Of a DNA stretch of 64,000 nucleotides, positions 52,234-61,600 are shown piece after piece. A model generated the notes under the pieces. It saw only the letters and a list, made by a program, of their open reading frames with translations. It searched no databases and was not told the DNA's origin. Made by a program: the position numbers and the translations under genes. Source of the stretch: Clostridia bacterium (lineage in GTDB: Bacteria; Bacillota; Clostridia; Oscillospirales; CAG-382); contig JAGAKP010000060.1 in NCBI GenBank assembly GCA_017625615.1, positions 24,005 to 88,004 of the forward strand, written 5' to 3'. How positions within the stretch are numbered: position 1 is the stretch's first letter; each line of letters begins with the position of its first letter.

Positions 52234-53811
52234 ATGAAAGAATTTTTAATAACAGTTATGGTGCTGTGTCTGCTGTTATCAAGCTTTCCTGCCGTCGTGT
52301 TGGCTGAACAGCCTACGGACGAGAAAATAGCCGCAGGTATAGCCGCACCGTCGGATAACGTTTCAGCAACGAGTAATTCGAGAGCGATTTCTTCCGGCGG
52401 AACAGTATCCACACAAGCTCTTAATCTAAGTAATGGGACTTACTATCTAAATAATAGATACAGTGGGAAATATCTGCGATATTATTCGTCTGCTTTGTCG
52501 CTTACCAACGGATATGTTTCAACGTACGGGAATTCTATTAAGTGGAAGCTAACTGCAGTAAGTGGCGGATATACTATAAGTTCGATATCTAATTCAACAC
52601 AGTATTTGGGTGTTCCTACAAGCACTTCGCTGAATACTGTGGAACTTGTAACAGTTTCATCGGGGTCATCAATTCCAGCAAGATGTATTTGGATATTGGA
52701 TACGGCGAGTGGCGGTGGCTGTTTAGTAAAAAACACATACAACTCGAAATATTTATATACCTACGGTAATTCGCTATACGCTTCATCAACAACACCATCT
52801 GCAGGAACGACCTCATATTACTCACGAGTATGGCGAATTGCCAATGTTACTGCCATGACTAGTAGTAAAGAGTTAACATCTGCTTCTAAATTTAACACAC
52901 TAGTTCTTACCGTAAACGGAAGTGGCAGTCCTACATTAACAAAATCTCCTTCTACAGCATATTGGGCAAGTTTAGATGATTTTACTTATGTACGGTCCGT
53001 GACTAGTTATGTGAATGTCAGCGGAGGCGTTTTTACGGCAAATGCAGAAGGAATAACTACCATGACTGCCACACATAAAGTGACAGGCACAGATTTTGTT
53101 TTTGCCGTTGTAGTTGGTACTGCGCCCTCCTGTACACTCAGTCATTATGTGGATTATGGTTATCGATTACGTTTTGGCAATGAGGGTATTGTTGAAACCT
53201 ATCACGACATTTTGGCGAATAAATGGAACAGTATATTTGGAACGAATCTACGTTTCAGCCGAAAAATGCACACATCTGCAGCCGACACATGTAAAATAGA
53301 CAAGTATGGTTCTTTAACAATGTCTAATCTAAGTTCTTTTGTCTGTGAGCATAGCACAATGCATCTTACACGTAATGCAATGAAATCAACTGCTGGAAAT
53401 GGTAGCGATACGAACATGCGTGTTTTGTGGACAGGACACATTTTGCCTGATAATCCTCCGTCTGGAACTTGGTTTGATTCACACTTTACTATCATTACAC
53501 CAAATTGGTGTGTTGATGCAACTTCAAATTATACCAATAAAACTGAATCGGAAATAAGAAAACAATCTATCTGTTCGTTAGTTCATGAAGTTGGTCATCT
53601 TTTTGAAATGCATGATCATTATTGTACGACGGATGCAGAGAATCGACCTTGTTCTAATCCTTATTGCGATATATGTGTGTATGGATATGAGTCTCGTAGA
53701 CAGTGCATAATGTCGGGCTGGCGATGGGATATCGAGAGTACCGATAACTCGGATTTATTTTGTTCTGACTGTGAACGCAATGCAGATGAATATTTGACTA
53801 CTTTACAATAA
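52234..53811 (+). CDS. secreted beta-trefoil lectin / Ig-like / metzincin-like zinc metalloprotease
   Basis: Signal peptide (LLLSSFPAVVLA-EQ). Three W-centred subrepeats (SIKWKL, RCIWIL, SRVWRI) about 50 aa apart. A Big_2-like segment (TANAEGITTMTATHKVTG). HEVGHLFEMHDH followed by a Cys-rich stretch and CIMSG, a Met-turn-like motif. Confidence 0.7.
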   Translation: MKEFLITVMVLCLLLSSFPAVVLAEQPTDEKIAAGIAAPSDNVSATSNSRAISSGGTVSTQALNLSNGTYYLNNRYSGKYLRYYSSALSLTNGYVSTYGNSIKWKLTAVSGGYTISSISNSTQYLGVPTSTSLNTVELVTVSSGSSIPARCIWILDTASGGGCLVKNTYNSKYLYTYGNSLYASSTTPSAGTTSYYSRVWRIANVTAMTSSKELTSASKFNTLVLTVNGSGSPTLTKSPSTAYWASLDDFTYVRSVTSYVNVSGGVFTANAEGITTMTATHKVTGTDFVFAVVVGTAPSCTLSHYVDYGYRLRFGNEGIVETYHDILANKWNSIFGTNLRFSRKMHTSAADTCKIDKYGSLTMSNLSSFVCEHSTMHLTRNAMKSTAGNGSDTNMRVLWTGHILPDNPPSGTWFDSHFTIITPNWCVDATSNYTNKTESEIRKQSICSLVHEVGHLFEMHDHYCTTDAENRPCSNPYCDICVYGYESRRQCIMSGWRWDIESTDNSDLFCSDCERNADEYLTTLQ

Positions 53812-53831
53812 TAGTTAGAAGGAGAATATGA

Positions 53832-54539
53832 ATGAGAAAGTATTTATTATTATTATTATTAACCGTAGTCTTCGTTGGTTGCTCCCCAGAGAGTTTAGAT
53901 GGTAGTGAGCCTGCGGAGAAAAGCGGCGTGGGAGATATGGTTTCTTTCCCTAAAGCTGAAGCTTCAAATGGTTCGGAAGATATTTTCGATACTGAATTAC
54001 AGTATACCACGGTGACCTTTAAATCTTTTGAAGAATTAGCTCAGCTTTTGCTTGTTTCGAATGATGAAGAATATAACGAATATTTCGAAAAAGACAACCT
54101 TATCCCGCCTGCAAGGGAAGATGTTGCGGATATGTTTAAAGCTTTTTCAGAAATGTCTATACCTGTACTTGAAACTGACGAGTATGAATTAGCAATTATC
54201 TCTTGCGATATATACTTTGACGGCAGATATTATATCGAATTGGTTTATAACGGAGAAACCGACAGACTCAGAGTAGGCGCACATACGTTAAGCGGCAGTG
54301 CTTCGGCAGATGATAACGTAACCTCCGTAGTGGCGGATACCGTTGTTTTAGGTGAATATTCAATTGAACTTAAAAGGATGGCTAAAGAGAATAATTACTG
54401 CGATATAAAGGGCAATTATTCGGCAGATGAATACGGTATATATCTGGCGTATAAGGGCGGCACGGTCTTGCCCGACAGCTTAAAGCAAGGATTGACTCTT
54501 ACCACGTTGGAGGAGCTTATAAAGCCCTATATAAAATAA
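53832..54539 (+). CDS. lipoprotein of unknown function
   Basis: Lipobox LTVVFVGC. 235 aa, acidic. Starts 20 nt after the protease stop, with a GGAG RBS. Confidence 0.65.
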   Translation: MRKYLLLLLLTVVFVGCSPESLDGSEPAEKSGVGDMVSFPKAEASNGSEDIFDTELQYTTVTFKSFEELAQLLLVSNDEEYNEYFEKDNLIPPAREDVADMFKAFSEMSIPVLETDEYELAIISCDIYFDGRYYIELVYNGETDRLRVGAHTLSGSASADDNVTSVVADTVVLGEYSIELKRMAKENNYCDIKGNYSADEYGIYLAYKGGTVLPDSLKQGLTLTTLEELIKPYIK

Positions 54540-54544
54540 ACGTA

Positions 54545-54575
54545 AGCGGCAAGGAATTTTCCTTGCCGCTGTTTT
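54545..54575. terminator. bidirectional terminator
   Basis: AGCGGCAAGG aatttt CCTTGCCGCT followed by GTTTT. Confidence 0.8.
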
Positions 54576-54585
54576 GTATGTATTA

Positions 54586-55593
54586 TTATTTTTCCCAGAT
54601 TTTGAGGGACTTAATTTTGGATACAACCGTATCTGCCAGCTTTTCGTTAATTTTCATACCGGGGTGGCCTGCCGCCGCATAATCCTTTTTGGGGTTGGCA
54701 ACGGAAATGGGTATAAACATAAGCTTATCGTCGCTTTCGCCCATACGCTTGAACAGCTTTTTAAGCAGTCCCGAATACGGGTCGCCCATAAGACCGTAAC
54801 ACCAGATTATGTGTGCGTGGGTATACTTGGAACGGATATCGTTTATAAGCGCTGTTGCGCCGCGCTCAAATTCCTCTGCGCTTACGCCGCCCCAGCCGTC
54901 GTTGGTGCCGCCGTTGATAATAACAACCTGGGGAGTCCACGTTGTGTGATCCCATCTTTCTCCGTTGCGGGAGGTCATATTAAACATCTGATCAAAGGTA
55001 AGATCCAAAGCGCCCTCGCAATTTCTTACGATACCCTTGCCCGAAGCGCACTGTGAATGAAGGTCCGCGTCCAATTCCTGTGCAACCAGATATGCCCAAG
55101 CGGCAGTGGAATCCTCGTCGCAGGTGCGGAACACGGTGGTGTCCTGATCGCCTCTTACGCCGTATCCGCAGGTGATGGAATCGCCAAGCACCTCTATGCG
55201 GCGTACGCTTTCAAGAGGGGGAGGAAGTATTTCGCCGTAAACCTCAATTCCCTTAACGTAAAGCTTATCCTCGCCTTCGGTAATACGAAGCACCTTTACG
55301 GTATGCTCCTCGTCCTTAAGGTCCTCAACGATTATCTGCTCCTTGCCGTCGCTTATACAGTATCTTGCAGTTTCACCGCTCCAGCCGAAAAGCTTTTTTT
55401 CGCGGTCAACGTCAACTCTTACGTATACGGGCTGGTCAGCCTTATGCTCGCCGAAGATGAGATGAAATCCCGTGCCCTTGAATTTGAAGGAAAATCCGCT
55501 GTTGGACCAATCGAGGAGAAGTGCGTCGGCAGCTAAAATATGTCTGCCGTGGTAAAGAAAGTTATCGCGCTCGGTAAGATAAACAGTTTTCAT
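54586..55593 (-). CDS. SGNH hydrolase, carbohydrate esterase family 2-like (acetyl esterase)
   Basis: N-terminal beta-sandwich, then VLGDSITCGYG, GGTND and a C-terminal GHPG. Confidence 0.78.
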   Translation of the reverse strand: MKTVYLTERDNFLYHGRHILAADALLLDWSNSGFSFKFKGTGFHLIFGEHKADQPVYVRVDVDREKKLFGWSGETARYCISDGKEQIIVEDLKDEEHTVKVLRITEGEDKLYVKGIEVYGEILPPPLESVRRIEVLGDSITCGYGVRGDQDTTVFRTCDEDSTAAWAYLVAQELDADLHSQCASGKGIVRNCEGALDLTFDQMFNMTSRNGERWDHTTWTPQVVIINGGTNDGWGGVSAEEFERGATALINDIRSKYTHAHIIWCYGLMGDPYSGLLKKLFKRMGESDDKLMFIPISVANPKKDYAAAGHPGMKINEKLADTVVSKIKSLKIWEK

Positions 55594-55618
55594 TTTTTAA
55601 TACTTCCTTTATGTTTAT

Positions 55619-58105
55619 TTATTTTTTTCGTTTTATCATTTTAAATATTTCGCATAGGGGTATGGGCGCAAAGGAAAGACACGCCACCGTCATCCATTGG
55701 CGTGCGTCCAATGGCACCGCGCCGAAAAGGGATGCGGCTTGAGGCAGTATCATTATCGCCGTCTGCAAAGCCATACACAGTATAACTCCCAAAAGCAGGG
55801 GCACGTTTTTAGGTATTCCTCTTGCGTAAAAGGGCTTTTCCGACCGCATATTAAAGGCGTGGAATAACTGTGAGAAGGACAGCACCCCAAAGCACATGGT
55901 GCTTGCCGCTTTTCCGTCACCGCTTTTAAGTCCAAGTATGAAGGCACACAGCGACAATATTCCGATAAGGGTTCCCTCCGCAGCAATTCTAAGCCCCAGC
56001 CCGTCTGCAAAAAGGCTTGCGTTTTTGTCGGCAGGCTTTCTGTCCATAACGCTGTCGTGAGTTTTTTCCATTCCCAGAGCGATGGCGGGCAGCGAATCCG
56101 TAACAAGGTTTACCCATAAAAGCTGTATCGCCGAAAGGGGAGAGGGGAGGGACATTATTATGGCGGCGAAAACGGTAAGGATCTCGCCGATATTGCAGGA
56201 CAGCAAAAACCGCACCGCTCTGCGGATATTGTCGTAAATTCCGCGACCATATCGTACTGCTTCTATAATAGTCGAAAAATTGTCATCTGTCAAGATGATA
56301 TCTGCCGCTTCTTTGGCAACGTCGGTGCCGTTTTTGCCCATAGCACAGCCTATATCCGCTTTTTTCAAAGCAGGTGCATCGTTCACACCGTCACCGGTCA
56401 TGGCAACCACCTGCTTTCCGTATTTGTAGGCTTCCACTATCCGCACCTTGAATTCGGGCGTGGTGCGCGCAAACACGGAGCAATTCCTCACTGCCTTTGC
56501 AAGTGCGGGGGTATCAAGGTCTTTCAGCTCCGCTTCCGTGTAAACCTTGTCGCCGTCCCGTAAAATGCCTACTTCTCTTGCCACCGCCTCCGCAGTGGAG
56601 GCGTGGTCGCCCGTTATCATCACAGGCTTTATTCCCGCCTTACGGCATATTTTTACCGCGTTTTTTACCTCCGGTCTGGGCGGGTCGGACATTCCGCATA
56701 TACCGCAAGGGATAAATACGCACCCTTCGGGGTCGGCAGGAGGCTTTTCAGTGCGGCAATATCCAAAGGCAATAACTCTTTTTGCGTTTTCCGCATATTC
56801 CCTTGCCTTTGCAAGCATATCGGTTTCTTTTGTTTCGTTTAATATAACCTTTTCGGGCGCGCCCTTTTTAACGGTAATATACCCTTTTTCACTTTTGTGT
56901 ACGGTTATCATATATTTTTTGTCCGAATCAAAGGGAATCTCCTTTATTCGGGTATATTTTTCGCTGTCAATACAATAATCCTTTGCCCAATCAAATACCG
57001 CGTTTTCCGTGGGTGATTCTCGGTTGTTGCAAAGAAAGGCGCACAAAGCGGCTTTTTCTCTGTCGCCGTAAAAATCCGTAACCGTCATTTTGTTTTGGGT
57101 TATGGTTCCCGTTTTGTCCGAGCATATCACTGCCGCAGTGCCGAGAGTTTCCACGGCGGGAAGCTTTTTCACCACCGCTTTTTTGTCTGCCATCTGCTTT
57201 ACGCCCATAGAAAGGATTATGGTTACAATAGCGGGCAACCCCTCCGGAATAGCCGCCACCGCAAGGGAAACGGATGTCAAAAACATTTCCTTTGGGGGAA
57301 GTCCGCGGATAAGCGATACTATAAATATTACTCCGCATATTATCAGCGCGCAGTTGCCAAGCATACCGCCCGTTTTTGCAAGCCGTTGCTGTAAGGGCGT
57401 TTTTTCGGCGCTTCCCTTGTCAAGCATTCCCGCAATGTGCCCCATATAGCTGTCCATTCCCGTGGCGGTCACAACTGCCTTTCCGCTTCCGCCGCATATC
57501 ACCGTCCCTGCACGTACCATATTTTTTATTTCGGAAAGGTGTGCGTTTTCCGCAGAGGGTGCAGTGTTTTTCTCCACGGGCAGACTTTCTCCCGTCAGTG
57601 CGGATTCGTCTGCGGTAAGAGATACCGCCTCAAGCAAATATCCGTCCGCCGCCACGTAACAGCCCTTTTTAAGTATGATAATATCGCCCTTTACAATTCT
57701 TTCCGTCGGCACGTCGGCTTCCTTTCCGTCACGTAGCACCGTAGCGTGGGGTGAGGTCATCCTCTTTAACGCCTCCAACGCCTTTTCCGCCTTGCTTTCC
57801 TGAATAACGCCGATAAATCCGTTAAGCACCACGATGGCAAGTATAATAAAGGTATCTGCCGTGCTTTCTCCGCCGATAAGGGAGGTCACGAAGCTGACGG
57901 CGGCGGCAAGAAGCAAAATGACCGTCATTCTGTCGCAAAGCGAAAGCAACAGCTTTTTGAAAAAGGATACCCTTTTCCCGCCGTGCAGGGTGTTTTTTCC
58001 GTCCCGTTCAAGGCGTTTTTCCGCTTCCTCGGAGGTAAGCCCCTTTGTCTGGGACGTGGCGTATTCCTTGATTACCTCCTGTTTATTTTTTGCGCTTACG
58101 TTCAA
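55619..58105 (-). CDS. cation-transporting P-type ATPase (Ca2+-type, P2A-like)
   Basis: Motifs CSDKTGTITQN, MITGD and TGDGVNDAPALKKADIG. 828 aa. TTG start. Confidence 0.92.
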   Translation of the reverse strand: MNVSAKNKQEVIKEYATSQTKGLTSEEAEKRLERDGKNTLHGGKRVSFFKKLLLSLCDRMTVILLLAAAVSFVTSLIGGESTADTFIILAIVVLNGFIGVIQESKAEKALEALKRMTSPHATVLRDGKEADVPTERIVKGDIIILKKGCYVAADGYLLEAVSLTADESALTGESLPVEKNTAPSAENAHLSEIKNMVRAGTVICGGSGKAVVTATGMDSYMGHIAGMLDKGSAEKTPLQQRLAKTGGMLGNCALIICGVIFIVSLIRGLPPKEMFLTSVSLAVAAIPEGLPAIVTIILSMGVKQMADKKAVVKKLPAVETLGTAAVICSDKTGTITQNKMTVTDFYGDREKAALCAFLCNNRESPTENAVFDWAKDYCIDSEKYTRIKEIPFDSDKKYMITVHKSEKGYITVKKGAPEKVILNETKETDMLAKAREYAENAKRVIAFGYCRTEKPPADPEGCVFIPCGICGMSDPPRPEVKNAVKICRKAGIKPVMITGDHASTAEAVAREVGILRDGDKVYTEAELKDLDTPALAKAVRNCSVFARTTPEFKVRIVEAYKYGKQVVAMTGDGVNDAPALKKADIGCAMGKNGTDVAKEAADIILTDDNFSTIIEAVRYGRGIYDNIRRAVRFLLSCNIGEILTVFAAIIMSLPSPLSAIQLLWVNLVTDSLPAIALGMEKTHDSVMDRKPADKNASLFADGLGLRIAAEGTLIGILSLCAFILGLKSGDGKAASTMCFGVLSFSQLFHAFNMRSEKPFYARGIPKNVPLLLGVILCMALQTAIMILPQAASLFGAVPLDARQWMTVACLSFAPIPLCEIFKMIKRKK

Positions 58106-59349
58106 AACAGTATTTCCTTTCTTTTAAGTATTACGGCGTAAAGGTTGGGAAACAGCATAAGTGCGTTAAATATATCCGCAGTCTGCCACACCGCGTCCGC
58201 ACTCCATATACAGCCCGAAAATGCGGATATTATCACTGTAATTCGGTACAGATACCTTGGCACCCTTTTACTTCCGAACAGATACTCCGTACAGCTTTCA
58301 CTGTAAAAGCACCAGCTTATAACGGCGGCGTATGCAAATATCCCCACGGAAAGAGCAAGAATTATTCCGCCGAACGTGCCGAAGTGCACAAAGAACATTT
58401 CCTCTGCGCTTTCACTGCCCGATACTATCAAAGCAAGGGCGGTTAACGTGCTTACCAGAAAGGTGTCCGCAAATACCTCTATGATCCCAAAGCTTCCCGC
58501 CTTTTCGGGCGTGGTTGCCGTGGCGGCGTGTGCTATGGGAGATGAGCCCATTCCTGCCTCGTGGGAGAAAACTCCCTTTGAAACTCCCGTTTTCATAGCG
58601 GTGGCTATTGCCGCTCCCGTTATACCCGCACCCGCCTGCCGTATCCCGAGGGCACTGCGGAAAATATCCGAAAAGGCTTGCGGCAGTGCGGTAAACCGAA
58701 AAATGATTATCCCCGTCACTGCGGAAAGAAATATAACTCCCGCCACGGGCACTAAAAAAGCGTTTATTTTCGCAATTATTTTTTGTCCTCCCGCCACTGC
58801 GGGTATAAGCAGGACCGCAAAAATTATTCCCGCCGCCGTGGGAGAAACGCCTACTTCTCTTGCCGCCGCCGAAAATGCGCTTGACTGCGCCATATTTCCG
58901 CTGCCGAAGGAGGCAAGTATCCCCGCCGCCGCAAAAAATACTGCCGTGCGCCTTTTGCCAAGGGATTTAAGCAGTACTGCCGCGCTTCCCTTTCCCGATG
59001 CAGGTCTTTCCTTTACGGTAACGTAGTTTTCCGCGTATTTGAGCATCATACAGAAAAAGGAGCTTATCCACATCCAGAAAAGTGCGCCCCTTCCGCCCTC
59101 GGAAATGGCAAAGGCAACACCCGTTATACTTCCCACCCCAACGGTACCGCCAAGGGAGGTCATAAGCCCTTTTAAGGGAGATATTCCGTCTGCTTTTTCC
59201 TCCCCCTTAACGCTTTTTAATATGTAAAAAAACTTTCTTATTGGGTAAAACCTGCTTTTGAAGGTAAAATATATTCCCGTTCCCGTAAGTATTCCCACCG
59301 TTGGCAGTGACCACAGCGCGTCCCGTATAAGGCTTAACAAAAAACACAT
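58102..59349 (-). CDS. alanine/glycine:cation symporter (AGCS) family transporter
   Basis: 415 aa, polytopic. N-terminus LWSLPTVGILTGTGIYFTF is typical of AGCS as I recall it. Confidence 0.8.
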   Translation of the reverse strand: MCFLLSLIRDALWSLPTVGILTGTGIYFTFKSRFYPIRKFFYILKSVKGEEKADGISPLKGLMTSLGGTVGVGSITGVAFAISEGGRGALFWMWISSFFCMMLKYAENYVTVKERPASGKGSAAVLLKSLGKRRTAVFFAAAGILASFGSGNMAQSSAFSAAAREVGVSPTAAGIIFAVLLIPAVAGGQKIIAKINAFLVPVAGVIFLSAVTGIIIFRFTALPQAFSDIFRSALGIRQAGAGITGAAIATAMKTGVSKGVFSHEAGMGSSPIAHAATATTPEKAGSFGIIEVFADTFLVSTLTALALIVSGSESAEEMFFVHFGTFGGIILALSVGIFAYAAVISWCFYSESCTEYLFGSKRVPRYLYRITVIISAFSGCIWSADAVWQTADIFNALMLFPNLYAVILKRKEILF

Positions 59350-59432
59350 CTCCTTTTTTTAAAAAAGTGATTGCATATACTTAAAAAGGGTGATAAAATA
59401 TAGTGAATATGTATTTAATTGGAGGATACCCC

Positions 59433-60198
59433 TTTGCGTACTGCTATAATAACCGGTGCATCCGCAGGACTTGGCAAGGAATACGTCCTTGCGGCGGCAA
59501 GAAAATATACGGAAATAGAGGAGTTCTGGCTTATCGCACGGCGTGCCGACCTTCTGGAGGAAATAAAGGCTATGCTTCCCGCCTGCCTTTCCGTAAAGGT
59601 ATTGCCGATGGACCTTAACGATAAAAACGCCTTTGCTTCCCTTAAGTCCCTTCTTGAATCCGAAAAGCCTGACGTCCGCCTGCTTATCAACAATGCGGGT
59701 TACGGAAAATTAGGCTACGTGTGGGAATTGGATGCTGACGTTCAGCGGGATATGATCGACCTTAACTGCGGTGCACTTACCGCCGTTACCTCCGCCGTCA
59801 TTCCCTATATGTCTGCGGGCGCGGGTATACTCAACGTATGCTCCATAGCCTCCTTCGTGCCCAACGCACGTATGACGGTATATTCAGCCACCAAGGCGTA
59901 CGTTATGTCGTTTTCCCGTTCTCTGCGTGAGGAATTAAAGGAAAAGCGTGTAAACGTGCTTGCCGTTTGTCCCGGTCCTATGAGCACCGACTTCCTCTCC
60001 CGCGCACACATAAGCAAGGGCGCATCAAAAACCTTTGATACCCTTCCGTACTGCAACCCCAAGGAAGTGGCTGTAAAAAGCCTTAACGCCCTTTCAAAGG
60101 GGAAAGCGGTGTATACCAACAGATTTTTATATAAGCTTTACCGCGTTTTGGGAAAGTTAGTGCCCAAAGCCATAATGATGAAATTTTCTAAATGCTGA
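59433..60198 (+). CDS. short-chain dehydrogenase/reductase
   Basis: TGASAGLG, NNAG and YSATK. I chose the TTG at 59433, 6 nt after GGAGGA. The track start at 59419 would include the RBS. Confidence 0.85.
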
Positions 60199-60211
60199 AA
60201 GGAAAAAAGCA

Positions 60212-61600
60212 ATGAAGGATATAGCAACACAAGTAAAAGAATTTATGGACAGAGCGGATATCCGCGCAGAGTTTGAAAAGGATCTTTCGGATATTATTTC
60301 CATTCCCTCCGTTTCCGAAAAGGGCGAGGGAAAATACGTTTTCGGCGAAAACTGTGCAAGAGTTCTCGAAAAAACTTTGGAAATAGGCGAAAAATACGGA
60401 TTTAAAGCCGAAAATCACGATTATTACTGCGGCTCTCTTATCTACGGCGAGGGTGAAAGGGAAGTGGGTATCGTATCCCATCTTGACGTTGTCCCCTGCG
60501 GCGGCGGTTGGAGCGTTGAGCCTTACGCCCTTACGGTAAAGGATAACCTTTATATGGGCAGAGGCACCGAGGACGACAAGGGCCCTATGCTGGTTTCCAT
60601 GTACGCCGTACGCTTTCTTATGGAAAAGGGAATTTCCCTTCCCTTTGCGGTACGTATGATCCTCGGCTGTGACGAGGAGGTTGGCAGTACCGACCTTCGA
60701 CATTTCGCATCGGTACGCAAGGTGCCCGATTTTTCCTTTACTCCCGATAGCGGCTTCCCCGTCTGCATAGGCGAAAAGGGCATTTTCTCCTTTGACGTTC
60801 TTCTCGGCGAAAAGCCTGCGGATATACTTGAGATCGGCGGAGGCACTGCAAGCAATTCCGTTGCGGATTCTGCTTACTGTGTCGTTAAAACCGACGCAAA
60901 TCCTGCCGCCTCCGATGGAATAACCCTTTCCCGCGAGGGTGAAAATCTTCGTATTACCGCAACGGGCAAGGGCGCACACGCATCTCTGCCCGAAAACAGC
61001 TTAAGCGCTGTAAAATTGCTTTGTGATTATCTTGTAAATAACGGTATATGCCAGTCAAACGGTATAAAATTCCTTGCCAATGCTTGCTCCGAGTACAAAG
61101 GTGTTACCTTCGGAATAGATAAAGAGGATAAGGATTTCGGTTATCTCACCTGCATCTGCGGTCTGCTGGGTGAAAAGGACGGTAACCTTTGGGCAAACTT
61201 CAACGTCCGCTATATTCCCTCCGTGCCCTACGAGGAGATTATTGCCACCATTAAGAAGACCGCCGAGGAAAACGGATTTTCCGCATACAGCGGCGGCTGC
61301 TCCGAGGGATATATAATGTCCTCGGACGATCCCCGTATTCAGGCGCTTACCGATTCCTGCAAGGATATAATCGATGAAGATTGTGCGCCTTACACCATGG
61401 GCGGCGGCACGTACGCAAGATATATGAAAAACACCGTAGCCTTCGGCGCAACCATCGCTTCTCACCGCGGATTACTTGGTGACGGCAAGGGCGGTGCCCA
61501 CGAAAGAGACGAGTACCTCTCCCGCGAGGAGGTCGTCAAGGCGGCGCAGATATTCGTGCTGTCGCTGTTAAGACTTAAGGAAGTTTATTCGGATAAGTAA
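60212..61600 (+). CDS. M20 dipeptidase (PepV/Sapep-like)
   Basis: 462 aa. Motifs SHLDVVP and GRGTEDDKGP. Confidence 0.87.
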   Translation: MKDIATQVKEFMDRADIRAEFEKDLSDIISIPSVSEKGEGKYVFGENCARVLEKTLEIGEKYGFKAENHDYYCGSLIYGEGEREVGIVSHLDVVPCGGGWSVEPYALTVKDNLYMGRGTEDDKGPMLVSMYAVRFLMEKGISLPFAVRMILGCDEEVGSTDLRHFASVRKVPDFSFTPDSGFPVCIGEKGIFSFDVLLGEKPADILEIGGGTASNSVADSAYCVVKTDANPAASDGITLSREGENLRITATGKGAHASLPENSLSAVKLLCDYLVNNGICQSNGIKFLANACSEYKGVTFGIDKEDKDFGYLTCICGLLGEKDGNLWANFNVRYIPSVPYEEIIATIKKTAEENGFSAYSGGCSEGYIMSSDDPRIQALTDSCKDIIDEDCAPYTMGGGTYARYMKNTVAFGATIASHRGLLGDGKGGAHERDEYLSREEVVKAAQIFVLSLLRLKEVYSDK

